Below the pieces are notes generated by a model. It saw only the letters and a list, made by a program, of their open reading frames with translations, did not search any database and was not told where the DNA came from. The position numbers were made by a program, and so were the translations under genes. A DNA stretch of 64,000 nucleotides. It comes from Gemmatimonadaceae bacterium (GTDB lineage Bacteria; Gemmatimonadota; Gemmatimonadetes; Gemmatimonadales; Gemmatimonadaceae). Shown here piece by piece: positions 1 to 9,768 of this stretch (its first letter is position 1; every line of letters starts with the position of its first letter). The DNA is taken from assembly GCA_044224875.1 (NCBI GenBank), contig JBGAJQ010000001.1, positions 32,001-96,000 of the forward strand, in the 5' to 3' direction.

Positions 1-723
1 GACAACGTCGAGATGCTGGAAGCGAGCTTGTCGCGCGTAAAGACCTACGACGAAGTCAACGTGGAGGAGTTCATCGAGGGCGACGAGTACACGTACGACA
101 CCATCTGCATCGACGGCAAGATCGTCTTCGAGAACGTGTGCTTCTATCGCCCGAATCCGCTGCTGGCGCGCAGCAATGAGTGGATCTCGCCGCAGACGTT
201 GACGGTGCGGGACTTGTCGTCCGACGTCATGCAGGCGGGCATGACGTTAGGTCACGACATCCTGAAGGCGCTGGATTTCCAGACGGGCTTCACCCACATG
301 GAGTGGTTCTACACGGCGAAGAACGAGGCCGTGTTCGGCGAGATTGCAGCCCGTCCGGCGGGAGCGCAGACGGTGGACCTGATGAACTATACCTGCGACA
401 CGGACCTGTTCCTCGGCTACGCCGAGGCCGAGTTGCACGGACGTTTCTCCCAACCGACTGAGCGAAAATACAACGCCGCGAACATCTTCAAACGGGCGAT
501 CGGCAAGGGACGCATCACGCGAATTACCGGCTTGGAGAGTATCCTCAACCGGTTTGGCGAGCACGTGGTGCATGTCGATCTCCTTCCCGTTGGAGCTGAG
601 CGGCGCAACTGGATCCTGACGCTGATCTCGGACGGGTATCTCGTCGTGCGTCACCCGGACTGGCAGACCTGTTGCGACATTGCCGACGCGGTTGGGACGG
701 ATCTGCAGCTCTACGCGTCCTGA
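1..723 (+). CDS. ATP-grasp domain protein (5'-truncated by window edge)
   Basis: Frame open from base 1. C-terminal ATP-grasp motifs VEEFIEGDEY, GFTHMEWF, FGEIAARPAG. Confidence 0.85.
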   Translation, partial: DNVEMLEASLSRVKTYDEVNVEEFIEGDEYTYDTICIDGKIVFENVCFYRPNPLLARSNEWISPQTLTVRDLSSDVMQAGMTLGHDILKALDFQTGFTHMEWFYTAKNEAVFGEIAARPAGAQTVDLMNYTCDTDLFLGYAEAELHGRFSQPTERKYNAANIFKRAIGKGRITRITGLESILNRFGEHVVHVDLLPVGAERRNWILTLISDGYLVVRHPDWQTCCDIADAVGTDLQLYAS

Positions 724-762
724 AGTCGAAGGCGGCGACTGGCGCCACTCAAACCCAGAGAC

Positions 763-785
763 AGGGCCCCGGATTTCGGGGCCCT
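763..785. terminator. GC-rich hairpin, possible terminator or processing stem
   Basis: AGGGCCCCG-gattt-CGGGGCCCT, a 9-bp stem 40 nt after the stop codon. No U-tract. Confidence 0.4.
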
Positions 786-915
786 CATGTCGAAGAGGAA
801 GCTGGTAGGACGTGCCGTCCCCGTGCCTCTCTCTTAGAATTCTCGGGTCCCGTCCCCCCCAGGCTGGATAATGTCGCGCGAATGACGTCCCCCCAGTTCC
901 TTCCTGGACAAATGG

Positions 916-1692
916 ATGGGTCGTCGACGCACACCTCCCGGTACGCTGCAGGTCATTCACGAGGTCTATTCGCCGGAGCTGGCGAATCGGCGCGATATCC
1001 TCGTCTATCTCCCAGCAGCGTACGAGAAGTCGGAGGAGGCGTTCCCCGTCATCTACATGCATGACGGGCAGAACCTCTTCGATCCAACGACCAGTTTTGC
1101 GGGGGAATGGGGGGTGGACGACGCGATGGCCAAGGCGCCGCGAGGCGGTCGCAAGGCGATTGTGGTGGGTATTCCCAACATGGGAATCGATCGCATCCGA
1201 GAATACTCGCCGTTCGTGGACCCGCGGAATGGCGGCGGGCTGGGCGACGTCTACGTCTCGTTCATCCTGGACACCCTGAAGCCACTCATCGACAAGCGGT
1301 TCCGGACGCTACGATCTGTTGAGCATACCGGAATCATTGGCTCGTCCCTGGGTGGCCTCATCAGCCTCTACGCGTTTTTCAGGCAGCCAGCCAGCTTCGG
1401 TTTTGCGGGGGTCATGAGTCCCGCCCTTTGGTTTGCCGGAGGGGCCATCTTCCCCTATGTGCGGGAGGCGCCGTACGTTCGCGGGCGCCTATATCTGGAT
1501 GTCGGGACGCGCGAGGGCGAGGGGACGCTGGCGAATGCCCGGATGATGCGCGATCTGCTCATTGAGAAAGGCTACGCACTCGAACAGCAGCTACACTGGG
1601 TCGAAGACGCGGGCGGTATGCACAATGAAGCGGCGTGGGGTCGTCGGTTGCGACCGGCCCTTCCATTTCTACTGAACGGCACCACGAGGTGA
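916..1692 (+). CDS. Alpha/beta hydrolase, putative esterase (Fes/IroE-like)
   Basis: YMHDGQNLF, nucleophile elbow GSSLGG, C-terminal HNEAAW. Confidence 0.85.
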   Translation: MGRRRTPPGTLQVIHEVYSPELANRRDILVYLPAAYEKSEEAFPVIYMHDGQNLFDPTTSFAGEWGVDDAMAKAPRGGRKAIVVGIPNMGIDRIREYSPFVDPRNGGGLGDVYVSFILDTLKPLIDKRFRTLRSVEHTGIIGSSLGGLISLYAFFRQPASFGFAGVMSPALWFAGGAIFPYVREAPYVRGRLYLDVGTREGEGTLANARMMRDLLIEKGYALEQQLHWVEDAGGMHNEAAWGRRLRPALPFLLNGTTR

Positions 1693-1693
1693 C

Positions 1694-2425
1694 ATGAGCA
1701 CGCGCGTTCCTGGGCATCACAAGGTCTGGTTCAGTCCGGCGGTCGGACGCGAGATGCATGTGAGGTGGTTTGGGCATTCCGGCGCGCGGGTGCTGGCCTT
1801 TCCCACAACGATGGGGAATCACAACGAGTGGCCCAATCGCTACATGCCGGATGTTCTGCGCGAGCACATCGAGCGCGGCTGGGTGCAGCTCTGGTGCCTC
1901 GATCACAACCACGACCAGTCGTGGTATGACAAGACGGTGCATCCCGGTCACAGGGCCTGGTTGCACCTGCAGTACGACCGGTATGTACGCGACGAACTCA
2001 TTCCCTTTACACAGCACGTCAACGGGAATCCGTACTGCATTGCGACCGGTGCCTCGTTCGGTGCCTTTCATGCCATGTCGATTGGTCTGCGCAATCCGAA
2101 CTTGTTCAACCGCATCATTGGCATGAGCGGCACGTACGACATCAAGGGCATGACCGGGGGCTATTCGGACGGTAACGTCTACGCCTGCAACCCGTACGAC
2201 TTCATGCAGCATGAGCAGGATCCCCGTCGGCTGGACGCCTTCCGTCGGCAGGACATCATCATCGCGATTGGACGTGGCGATCCACACTTCGACCAGAACA
2301 GCCAGTTCTCGGAGATCCTCTGGCGTCGCCAGATCGGGAACGCCCTTCGCGTATGGGACGGCCACGCTCACGACTGGCCGTTCTGGGAACGAATGATCGT
2401 GAAGTACATGGGAGGACACGACTGA
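1694..2425 (+). CDS. Esterase-family alpha/beta hydrolase
   Basis: GASFG nucleophile motif, AHDWPFW catalytic His region. Stop overlaps the next start (TGATG). Confidence 0.85.
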   Translation: MSTRVPGHHKVWFSPAVGREMHVRWFGHSGARVLAFPTTMGNHNEWPNRYMPDVLREHIERGWVQLWCLDHNHDQSWYDKTVHPGHRAWLHLQYDRYVRDELIPFTQHVNGNPYCIATGASFGAFHAMSIGLRNPNLFNRIIGMSGTYDIKGMTGGYSDGNVYACNPYDFMQHEQDPRRLDAFRRQDIIIAIGRGDPHFDQNSQFSEILWRRQIGNALRVWDGHAHDWPFWERMIVKYMGGHD

Positions 2426-3354
2426 TGCCCCAGGACAAGCGGGTTGGAGTCATCGTCGGCCGCGAGTGGAGCTGGCCCCCAGAGTTCATCAAGGCGGTCA
2501 ACGAGCGGAACGCCGGGGTCGTGGCGGAATTCGCCAAACTCGGCGGCGATCACCATGACGGGCCGGTGCCGTACGACGTTCTCATCGATCGCATCTCGCA
2601 CGAGGTGCCGATGTACCGCTCGTACCTGAAGAAGGCGGTCCTCGAAGGCCGAACATGCATCAACAACCCGTTCATGTGGTCGGCCGACGACAAGTTCTTC
2701 GGCGCCACGCTGGCCCAGAAACTCGGCGTGGTGTCGCCCAAGACCGTCCTGCTGCCGAACAAGGACTACGTGCCGGGGATCGTGCCCACCGAGTCACTGC
2801 GGAACCTGCACTTCCCGTTGGATTGGGATGAAATCGCGCGCTACATCGGCATGCCGTGCATTCTCAAGGACGCCCACGGCGGCGGATGGAAGGAAGTGTA
2901 CGTCTGTCACTCCGTCGAGGAGTTGATCCGGAACTACGATGAGTCCGGGCTGCTCACGATGATCGTGCAGGAGTTCGTGCACTGGGATCAGTTCGTTCGT
3001 TGCATCTGTATTGGGCGCAACAATATCCAGCCGATCCAATACGACCCCAAGGCCCGGAAGTACATTGTCTCGGACACCTACCTCACACCGGCGCTGCGCG
3101 AGCGCATTGTGGGCGATGCACGCAAGCTCTGCAACGCGTTAGGCTATGACATGAATTCCGCCGAGTTTGCGGTCAAGGACGGTATCCCGTACGCGATCGA
3201 CTTCATGAACTGCGCGCCGGACATGGACGTGTACTCGCTCACACCGACGTACTTCGACTGGGTAGTGAAGGCCATGGCCGACCTGGCGATCGATCGCGCC
3301 TTGCATCCACGGCCGCAGCTCGCGGAGTTGTCGTGGCGCTCACTGTTCGGGTAA
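2425..3354 (+). CDS. RimK/glutathione synthetase-like ATP-grasp ligase
   Basis: DRISHE, NNPFMWSADDKF, LKDAHGGGWKEV, QEFV, YAIDFMNCAPD. Start at the coupled ATG 2425. Confidence 0.85.
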   Translation: MPQDKRVGVIVGREWSWPPEFIKAVNERNAGVVAEFAKLGGDHHDGPVPYDVLIDRISHEVPMYRSYLKKAVLEGRTCINNPFMWSADDKFFGATLAQKLGVVSPKTVLLPNKDYVPGIVPTESLRNLHFPLDWDEIARYIGMPCILKDAHGGGWKEVYVCHSVEELIRNYDESGLLTMIVQEFVHWDQFVRCICIGRNNIQPIQYDPKARKYIVSDTYLTPALRERIVGDARKLCNALGYDMNSAEFAVKDGIPYAIDFMNCAPDMDVYSLTPTYFDWVVKAMADLAIDRALHPRPQLAELSWRSLFG

Positions 3355-3358
3355 GCGA

Positions 3359-4702
3359 GTGAGTGCCGTCGCGCGATATCACGAAGTTCTGACGCCAGAC
3401 GTCGCCGGCGCCACGCATACGCACGTGGAACGGCAGCTGACGGAGCGCGGACTGGTCTTTGGCGGTCGGGCGCTGTGCACCGTACTGCGCCCGCGATTCC
3501 TGGACGTGGCGCAGTACCAGTCACTGCAGCGTCGCCTCCGGCCCCTCATGCAGGCCTTCCACAAGACCTACGAGCGCGCGCTCAGCGACGCGGCGTTCCG
3601 TCGCCAGTTTGGGCTGGCGGACTGGGAAGAGGTCCTGCTGGCCGACCGTACCGGATATTCCCGCCCCAGTCCCACCTCCCGGCTGGACTTCTTCTGGGAC
3701 CCCGAGGTCGGATCGTTGGGGCTGACGGAGTACAACGCCGAGACGCCGGCTGGCGCCGCATATATCGATGCCCTGAGCGATGCGTTCCTCGATGCTCCCG
3801 CCATGCGGGAGTTCACCAGGTCGTACGACGTCTGGCCACTTCCCGCCAGGCAAGGCGTCGTTGGTGTACTCCTTGAAGCCTACCGCGAGTTCAGTCAGGG
3901 GGGCCGTGCTCCACGGGTGGCCATTCTCGACTGGGATGATGTCCCCACGGTCACCGAGTTTGAGCTGTACCGTAAGCACTTCGAGGCGATGGGCATCAGC
4001 TGCCTGATCGACGACCCCCGCCGCTGCGAGTACCGCGATCGCACCCTGTATGCCAGCGGCCGCCCAGTGGACTTCATCTACAAGCGCGTGCTGATCAGTG
4101 AGCTGATCGAAACATGCGGCATGGACTCACCGGTCGTGCGCGCGGTGCGCGACGGTGCCGCGTGCATGGTCGACGGCTTTCGCTGCAAGATCCTCCACAA
4201 GAAGGCATCGCTGGCCGTGCTGTCCGACGAGGCCAACGCCTCCATGTTCAATGCCGACGAGCGCCACGGCATCGACGACTGCGTGCCGTGGACGCGCGTG
4301 GTAGAGGAGCGACGCACCACCTATGGCGGCTTGGACGTGGACTTGGTGCCATACGTTCTCGCCCACCGCGAACGCTTCGTCATCAAGCCCAACGACGAGT
4401 ACGGAGGCAAGGGCATCGTACTGGGCTGGACGGTGGACGACGCAGCGTGGGCCGACGCGATTCGCGTGGCGTTGCAATCGCCGCACATCGTTCAGGAAAA
4501 GGTGGTCGTTCCCTCCGAGCCATACCCCAGCTGGATCGATGGCCGAGTCGAGATTTACGAGCGAATGTACGATACGGCGCCGTTCCTTTCGCACGGGCTC
4601 TACATGGAGGGAATGCTCACTCGCCTTTCCACGGTGGACCTCTTGAACGTGACCGCTGGGGGTGGCAGTACGGTTCCCACATTCATCGCCGAACGTCGCT
4701 AG
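3359..4702 (+). CDS. Circularly permuted (type 2) ATP-grasp ligase
   Basis: SRLD, EYNAETPAG, IKPNDEYGGKG, IVQE, NVTAGGG. Confidence 0.8.
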   Translation: MSAVARYHEVLTPDVAGATHTHVERQLTERGLVFGGRALCTVLRPRFLDVAQYQSLQRRLRPLMQAFHKTYERALSDAAFRRQFGLADWEEVLLADRTGYSRPSPTSRLDFFWDPEVGSLGLTEYNAETPAGAAYIDALSDAFLDAPAMREFTRSYDVWPLPARQGVVGVLLEAYREFSQGGRAPRVAILDWDDVPTVTEFELYRKHFEAMGISCLIDDPRRCEYRDRTLYASGRPVDFIYKRVLISELIETCGMDSPVVRAVRDGAACMVDGFRCKILHKKASLAVLSDEANASMFNADERHGIDDCVPWTRVVEERRTTYGGLDVDLVPYVLAHRERFVIKPNDEYGGKGIVLGWTVDDAAWADAIRVALQSPHIVQEKVVVPSEPYPSWIDGRVEIYERMYDTAPFLSHGLYMEGMLTRLSTVDLLNVTAGGGSTVPTFIAERR

Positions 4703-5079
4703 GCGGCCGGAATAGCTGTAGATGGCAGGGGCGTATCAGCTGCAACGCAGGCGTTGCGCTCGTCGGTACGGTTGAGGTTGCCGCGAGATTACGCGGAACT
4801 TCTTTCCACCGAACGTTGCGGCAATCCCTCACGTCGAACCGAACGCTGCCTGACATCGCCGAGCACACCATGCCGTGAGATTCACCGCTCGTGGGAATGC
4901 GCGATTCCCGCGACCTGCCAGCGAAGGCATCGCGCTCCCTGCACGAGGGCGCTCGCACCGACGTGAGTGCCCGACTGACTCCCGCAACGGGAGCAGGGAA
5001 CGGACCATGTCGCGCCGCTCGCCTGCTGCGATCGGTTTCGGAGCAGGACCTCCGACGGGGACAGGTCCAAGGAGGAGTT

Positions 5080-5823
5080 ATGCAATCCCTGCAGTGGGCG
5101 CGCCTAACGAGCGCGATGATTGTGCTGGCGAGTCTCTCCGCTTGTGCCGATGCACCAACGGCGACGACGACCAGCCTCCCAAGCACGGCGGCCCTCGCCG
5201 CCACCTTCGATGCGATGGCCCAGGATCAGGCACTGGCGGGTGCCCTCGCCGCAAGTGAGGACTGGCGTTGGGTCGCCTCCGCCCTGCGTGACGGGGTGAC
5301 CCCATCTCGCATCGAGATCTGGAAGGACGGCACGATCGAGGACTACGACGCGTTTGTCCGCGCCGTGGAAGCGCCATCGGTCGAGACCATCCCCCGCAAG
5401 GAAGCGGGGCACACGATGCTGGCGTGGCAGCGTCATAACAGCGAGCAGATCAACCACGTGCTGCGCATCGAATCGCCGGGCGACAATGGACGCGTCATCC
5501 CGCATTCGGGAATCCATGGTGGCGACTTGCCGTTGGGCGCGCACGCAGACTACCTGGAACGAGGCACGAAGGAAGGTCCCTGGACAGGCTTCAAGGGTGT
5601 GGTCCTCCTGGCCGAAGCGTGGGCAGGGGGGCGCTGCCGGTTCAACAATCCGGAAACGACTTGGCGACCGCCGGAAGGCATGATCTGCCAGAAAGCGCTG
5701 TTCGATGTGCGTTTTGAGGCGAACCTTTCGCCATTGAATGGCGGCGTCGAAGGTTCGGCCGGCATGGTCATGTGGATGGCAACGCAGCGTGTCGTTGGGG
5801 TGAAACTGACCCCGGCCAACTAG
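5080..5823 (+). CDS. Hypothetical lipoprotein, paralog of 45741..46514
   Basis: GGAGGAG RBS before ATG 5080. Lipobox LSAC. Confidence 0.75.
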   Translation: MQSLQWARLTSAMIVLASLSACADAPTATTTSLPSTAALAATFDAMAQDQALAGALAASEDWRWVASALRDGVTPSRIEIWKDGTIEDYDAFVRAVEAPSVETIPRKEAGHTMLAWQRHNSEQINHVLRIESPGDNGRVIPHSGIHGGDLPLGAHADYLERGTKEGPWTGFKGVVLLAEAWAGGRCRFNNPETTWRPPEGMICQKALFDVRFEANLSPLNGGVEGSAGMVMWMATQRVVGVKLTPAN

Positions 5824-5865
5824 GGTTCATCGCCAGTGCCGGGCGGTTGCCGGCATCAGGCCTGT

Positions 5866-5898
5866 GGTGGGAGGGGGAGCGTTAGGCCCCCTCCCACC
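5866..5898. terminator. Perfect 12-bp hairpin with CGTTAGG in the loop
   Basis: GGTGGGAGGGGG-agcgttagg-CCCCCTCCCACC, downstream of the lipoprotein stop. Confidence 0.5.
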
Positions 5899-6002
5899 GA
5901 ACGTCTGGGGTCACGCAGATCTCCGGGGTGTTTGGCCGCCAGCTTGGGCCGTACATTCCCCTAACCCCTGTCGCACGTCTCTGGCCACTGGCGTAACCAC
6001 GT

Positions 6003-7208
6003 ATGAAGCCTCCATCGCTCACCATTGGCGTAGAAGAAGAGTACCAGATCATCGACCCGCGGACCCGGGAGCTGCAGTCGTACATCACGCAGATCCTCGA
6101 GGAAGACCATCTCATCATCGGTCAGGTGAAGCCCGAGCTGCACCAATCGATCGTGGAAGTTGGGACGACTGTGTGTCGAACGCCCAAGGAGGTGCGCGAC
6201 CAGCTGGTAGCGTTGCGACGAGGAGTGATGGAGCTGGCGGCAAAGAAGGGACTGAAGATCGCCGCTGCGGGCACGCACCCGTTCTCGCACTGGGCCGACC
6301 AGGAGATCACGCCGTTTGAGCGCTACATTGGCACGCGCGAGGCCATGGCACAGCTGGCGCAACAACTGCTCATCTTCGGCACGCACGTACATGTCGGGAT
6401 CGAGGATCCGGACTTCCTGATCGAAGCGACCAATGTCACGCGCTATTTCCTGCCGCACATCCTCTGCCTGTCCACCTCCTCGCCCTTCTGGTTAGGTCGG
6501 GAAACGGGCCTCAAGTCGTACCGTTCGGCGATCTTCCGCGCCTTTCCCCGCACCGGAATCCCGCGGTACATCTCGTCGTTCGCCGAGTACCAGAACTACA
6601 TCACAACGTTGCAGGCGACGGGATGCATTCCCGACGGATCGAAGATCTGGTGGGACGTGCGTCCCCACTGGAAGTACCCGACGTTGGAATTCCGCATCTG
6701 CGATGTCTGCACGCGAGTGGACGAGGCCGTCTGTATCGCCGCCATCCTGCAGGCCCTGGTGTTCAAGGTCTGGAAGATGCGCCGCGACAACATCAGTTGG
6801 CGGAACTACTCCTCCGACTTGATCGACGAGAACAAGTGGCGCGCCGTCCGCTATGGATTGTCCGGCAAGTTGATCGACTTCGGGAAGCAGATCGAGTTAC
6901 CAGCACCGGACCTCATTCGTGAGTTCCTGAGCTGGTTCATCGACGACGTGCTCGACGAATTAGGGAGCCGGCGGGAGGTCGAGTATGCGTTCCGCATTCT
7001 GGATGAGGGAACGAGTGCCGACCGGCAGGTAGCGACCTTCAAGCGTACAGGGAGCTTGAAGGCTGTGGTCGATCAGCTGATTGCCGAAACTGAGGAGGGG
7101 GTGCTTCCCTATCCCGCCCCCGAACTTCCGGCGGATGCCCGATTGCCCGGTACCCGCGCGGTCTCTGAATTGCGGTATGCCGAAAGCGAACAGCAGCCGT
7201 CGCCGTAA
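6003..7208 (+). CDS. ybdK: YbdK-family carboxylate-amine ligase (GCS2)
   Basis: [35 protein letters not shown]. Confidence 0.9.
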   Translation: MKPPSLTIGVEEEYQIIDPRTRELQSYITQILEEDHLIIGQVKPELHQSIVEVGTTVCRTPKEVRDQLVALRRGVMELAAKKGLKIAAAGTHPFSHWADQEITPFERYIGTREAMAQLAQQLLIFGTHVHVGIEDPDFLIEATNVTRYFLPHILCLSTSSPFWLGRETGLKSYRSAIFRAFPRTGIPRYISSFAEYQNYITTLQATGCIPDGSKIWWDVRPHWKYPTLEFRICDVCTRVDEAVCIAAILQALVFKVWKMRRDNISWRNYSSDLIDENKWRAVRYGLSGKLIDFGKQIELPAPDLIREFLSWFIDDVLDELGSRREVEYAFRILDEGTSADRQVATFKRTGSLKAVVDQLIAETEEGVLPYPAPELPADARLPGTRAVSELRYAESEQQPSP

Positions 7209-7249
7209 CGACGCGCCGCCACGGAAATCCACACGCTCAGTTGCCTGAC

Positions 7250-8023
7250 ATGATGAAGAACACTCGACGACCGGTCATCGGTGTGACCACGCAGACGCTG
7301 CATTCGATCGACGGCATCCCGGCCGGGCTGCCGCAGTCGGTCGTGATGAACCAGCGTTACTACATCGCGATCACCCTGGTGGGCGCCACGCCGATCCTGG
7401 TACCGTTGCTGGACGATGAACCGGACGCGTTGCGGGGGATCTACGAAGTGTGCGACGGCATCCTCATTCCGGGCGGGGTCGACGTCGATCCGACCTGCTT
7501 CCGGGAGGCGCCGCACCCCAAACTCGGCCGAATCGACCCGGCGCGCGACCGCGTGGAGCTGCAACTGACGCAGTGGGCCGTGGAAGACCGCAAACCGGTC
7601 CTGGGGTTGTGCCGAGGGCTACAGGTGATCAACGTGGCGTTAGGCGGCACGTTGTACCAGGACCTGGAGGAGCAGTACAAGGACGGCATCAAGCACGACT
7701 ACTTCCCGACCTACGGGTTCGAACGCGACCACTTGGCCCACGAAGTCACCCTCACCCGGGGGACGCGCCTGCGTTCGCTCATGGAGTTGGACCGGATCCC
7801 GGTGAACTCCATGCATCACCAGGGCATCAAAACGCTCGGTCGTGAGCTCGTCGCGTCGGCCGTGGCGCCCGACGGGCTGATCGAAGCGGTGGAGTCGTCC
7901 GACGACCACTTCCTGGTCGGCGTGCAATGGCATCCCGAGGTCTTTGAGATCACAGACCCCCACACGCGACACGTCTTCAGGTCCTTCATCTCGGCCTCCC
8001 AGGAATTTCACGCGCGGCAGTAA
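7250..8023 (+). CDS. Gamma-glutamyl-gamma-aminobutyrate hydrolase family (peptidase C26, PuuD-like)
   Basis: GGVDVDP, GLCRGLQ (catalytic Cys), NSMHHQG, GVQWHPE. Confidence 0.9.
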   Translation: MMKNTRRPVIGVTTQTLHSIDGIPAGLPQSVVMNQRYYIAITLVGATPILVPLLDDEPDALRGIYEVCDGILIPGGVDVDPTCFREAPHPKLGRIDPARDRVELQLTQWAVEDRKPVLGLCRGLQVINVALGGTLYQDLEEQYKDGIKHDYFPTYGFERDHLAHEVTLTRGTRLRSLMELDRIPVNSMHHQGIKTLGRELVASAVAPDGLIEAVESSDDHFLVGVQWHPEVFEITDPHTRHVFRSFISASQEFHARQ

Positions 8024-8237
8024 CAGGTTTTCGATCGCCGTCCCCTCAGCAGGTACTGCTCGGCGACATCATTCCGCCGAGCTTCCGGGACGACCGCCCC
8101 AGACGTCGCCTTTTCCCCGGCAACCCCTTGGGCGAAATCCCCCTGACCGTCCGCTCCGCGAAGCTTCATGCTCGGCGGGCCGGTGTCGAGCAACGAACGC
8201 AAGTGTCCAGCGCCTCTAGCCGACACCGGGGGGGCCC

Positions 8238-9731
8238 ATGGCGCGAGCGATCGACCGAACCCACTTCACCTCAGCGGACTACGCTGCCTTTAGCGCGCGC
8301 CTGGAGTTGAACCTTCAGGCGTTGCAGCGGCTGCTGAACCGTCCGGGCTTCGGCACTGGCGCGCGAACACTGGGGGCGGAGCTCGAGATGTCCATCGTGG
8401 GCGCCGATGCCCGGGCCCTCGGGGTCAATCGCGAGGTATTGGCGCACTGCGGGTCTCCGCGTCTGGCCTTGGAGCTGGATCAGTTCAACCTCGAGTACAA
8501 TCTGGCTCCGGTGCCCGCGACAGGACGCCCCTTCGAAGCGCTCGAACGGGAAATCGAATCGGCGCTAACGTGCGCGAACCGGGGTGCGCAGGCGTTTGGC
8601 GGGCGTATCGTGACCATAGGCATCCTGCCTACGCTCACGGAGGAAGAGCTGGGGAGTAGCGCACTCACGGATTTCACGAGGTACCATGCGCTGGCGGAGG
8701 GAGTGCGTCGGTTGCGTCACACGCCAACGTCGGTCCGGATCCAGGGGGCCGACGCGGTGGCCCTCAAGACGTCGGAGATCACGCTGGAAGGGGCGAACAC
8801 GTCGTTTCAGGTGCACTATCGCACGGATCCGACCGTCTTCGCCGACAGCTACAACGCGGCGCAGCTGGCGACTGGCGTGGTCCTGGCGGCGTGCGGCAAT
8901 TCTCCGATCTTTCTGGGGAACCGCCTGTGGGACGAAACGCGTATTGCCCTGTTCAAGCAGGCGCTCGACTACCGGGACTTCGACGCCACGCGGTGGCGCG
9001 CACCGGCACGGGTGGGATTCGGTCACGGGTGGGTCAGGGAAGGGGCGTGGGAGCTTTTCGCGGAAGGCGCGTCGCTCTTCCCGCCGATCTTCCCCATCTG
9101 CGATGACGAGGATCCGCTGGCGGTAGTTGCGGCTGGCGGCATACCGCAGCTGGCCGAGCTGCGGCTGCATCAGGGAACCGTGTGGCGCTGGAACCGGGCA
9201 ATCTACGACCACGACGGGGGTGGGCACCTGCGCGTCGAGATGCGAGCACTCCCCTCCGGCCCCACACCCGTCGACATGGTCGCCAATGCCGCGTTCCTCA
9301 TCGGGCTCACCCGAGCGCTGGAGGACCGCGTCACGCAGCTGCTGCCCGCGTTCCCCTTCGCCTACGCCGAATTCAACTTCTATCGCTCGGCGCAGCAAGG
9401 TCTTGATGCGATGCTGCTCTGGCCGCCGACACACCTGACCGCCAGCTCGCCGGCCGAAGTGGCGGCTCCGCACGCCGTCCTTACCGGGTTGTCGCTTGCT
9501 GCCGAAGGGCTGGCGTCCATCGGCGTCGACGATGTCGAGGCGGCGCGGTTGTTAGGCATTGTGCGCGGGCGGGTCGAGTCGGGGCAGACGGCCGCTCGAT
9601 GGCAACGTCGTACCTTGGATCGCCTGCTCGAGCGACACGATCGGCCCGAGGCCCTTGCGTTGCTCGTCGAACAGTACATGGCCCACTCGACGTCCGGGCG
9701 GCCGGTCCACGAATGGAGCGATGGCGCCTAG
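8238..9731 (+). CDS. Glutamate--cysteine ligase-like (GCS2 family, long form)
   Basis: GAELE, ELDQFNLE, NSPIFLG, WRWNRAIY, RVEMRALPSGPT. Confidence 0.85.
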   Translation: MARAIDRTHFTSADYAAFSARLELNLQALQRLLNRPGFGTGARTLGAELEMSIVGADARALGVNREVLAHCGSPRLALELDQFNLEYNLAPVPATGRPFEALEREIESALTCANRGAQAFGGRIVTIGILPTLTEEELGSSALTDFTRYHALAEGVRRLRHTPTSVRIQGADAVALKTSEITLEGANTSFQVHYRTDPTVFADSYNAAQLATGVVLAACGNSPIFLGNRLWDETRIALFKQALDYRDFDATRWRAPARVGFGHGWVREGAWELFAEGASLFPPIFPICDDEDPLAVVAAGGIPQLAELRLHQGTVWRWNRAIYDHDGGGHLRVEMRALPSGPTPVDMVANAAFLIGLTRALEDRVTQLLPAFPFAYAEFNFYRSAQQGLDAMLLWPPTHLTASSPAEVAAPHAVLTGLSLAAEGLASIGVDDVEAARLLGIVRGRVESGQTAARWQRRTLDRLLERHDRPEALALLVEQYMAHSTSGRPVHEWSDGA

Positions 9732-9768
9732 CGTACCACCGGGCGTTGACCGTTCGTACATTTCCCAC

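Noticed and set aside
4880..5010. Cobalamin-riboswitch-like fragments (GGGAA, GACCTGCC, CCCGCAACGG)
   Set aside because: The elements are in the wrong order and the B12 box is missing.
4891..5079. Upstream extensions given by the ORF track (also 2353, 15633, 32502, 44544, 21489, 27463, 43897, 57060)
   Set aside because: Downstream starts have better RBS, signal peptides or translational coupling, and the extensions overlap other genes or lack family-like sequence.
5814..5887. attC-like pairing GGCCAAC...GTTAGGC after the lipoprotein gene
   Set aside because: R'' deviates from RYYYAAC, there are no complementary L boxes, no integrase or cassette array is present, and most heptamer copies lie within housekeeping genes.
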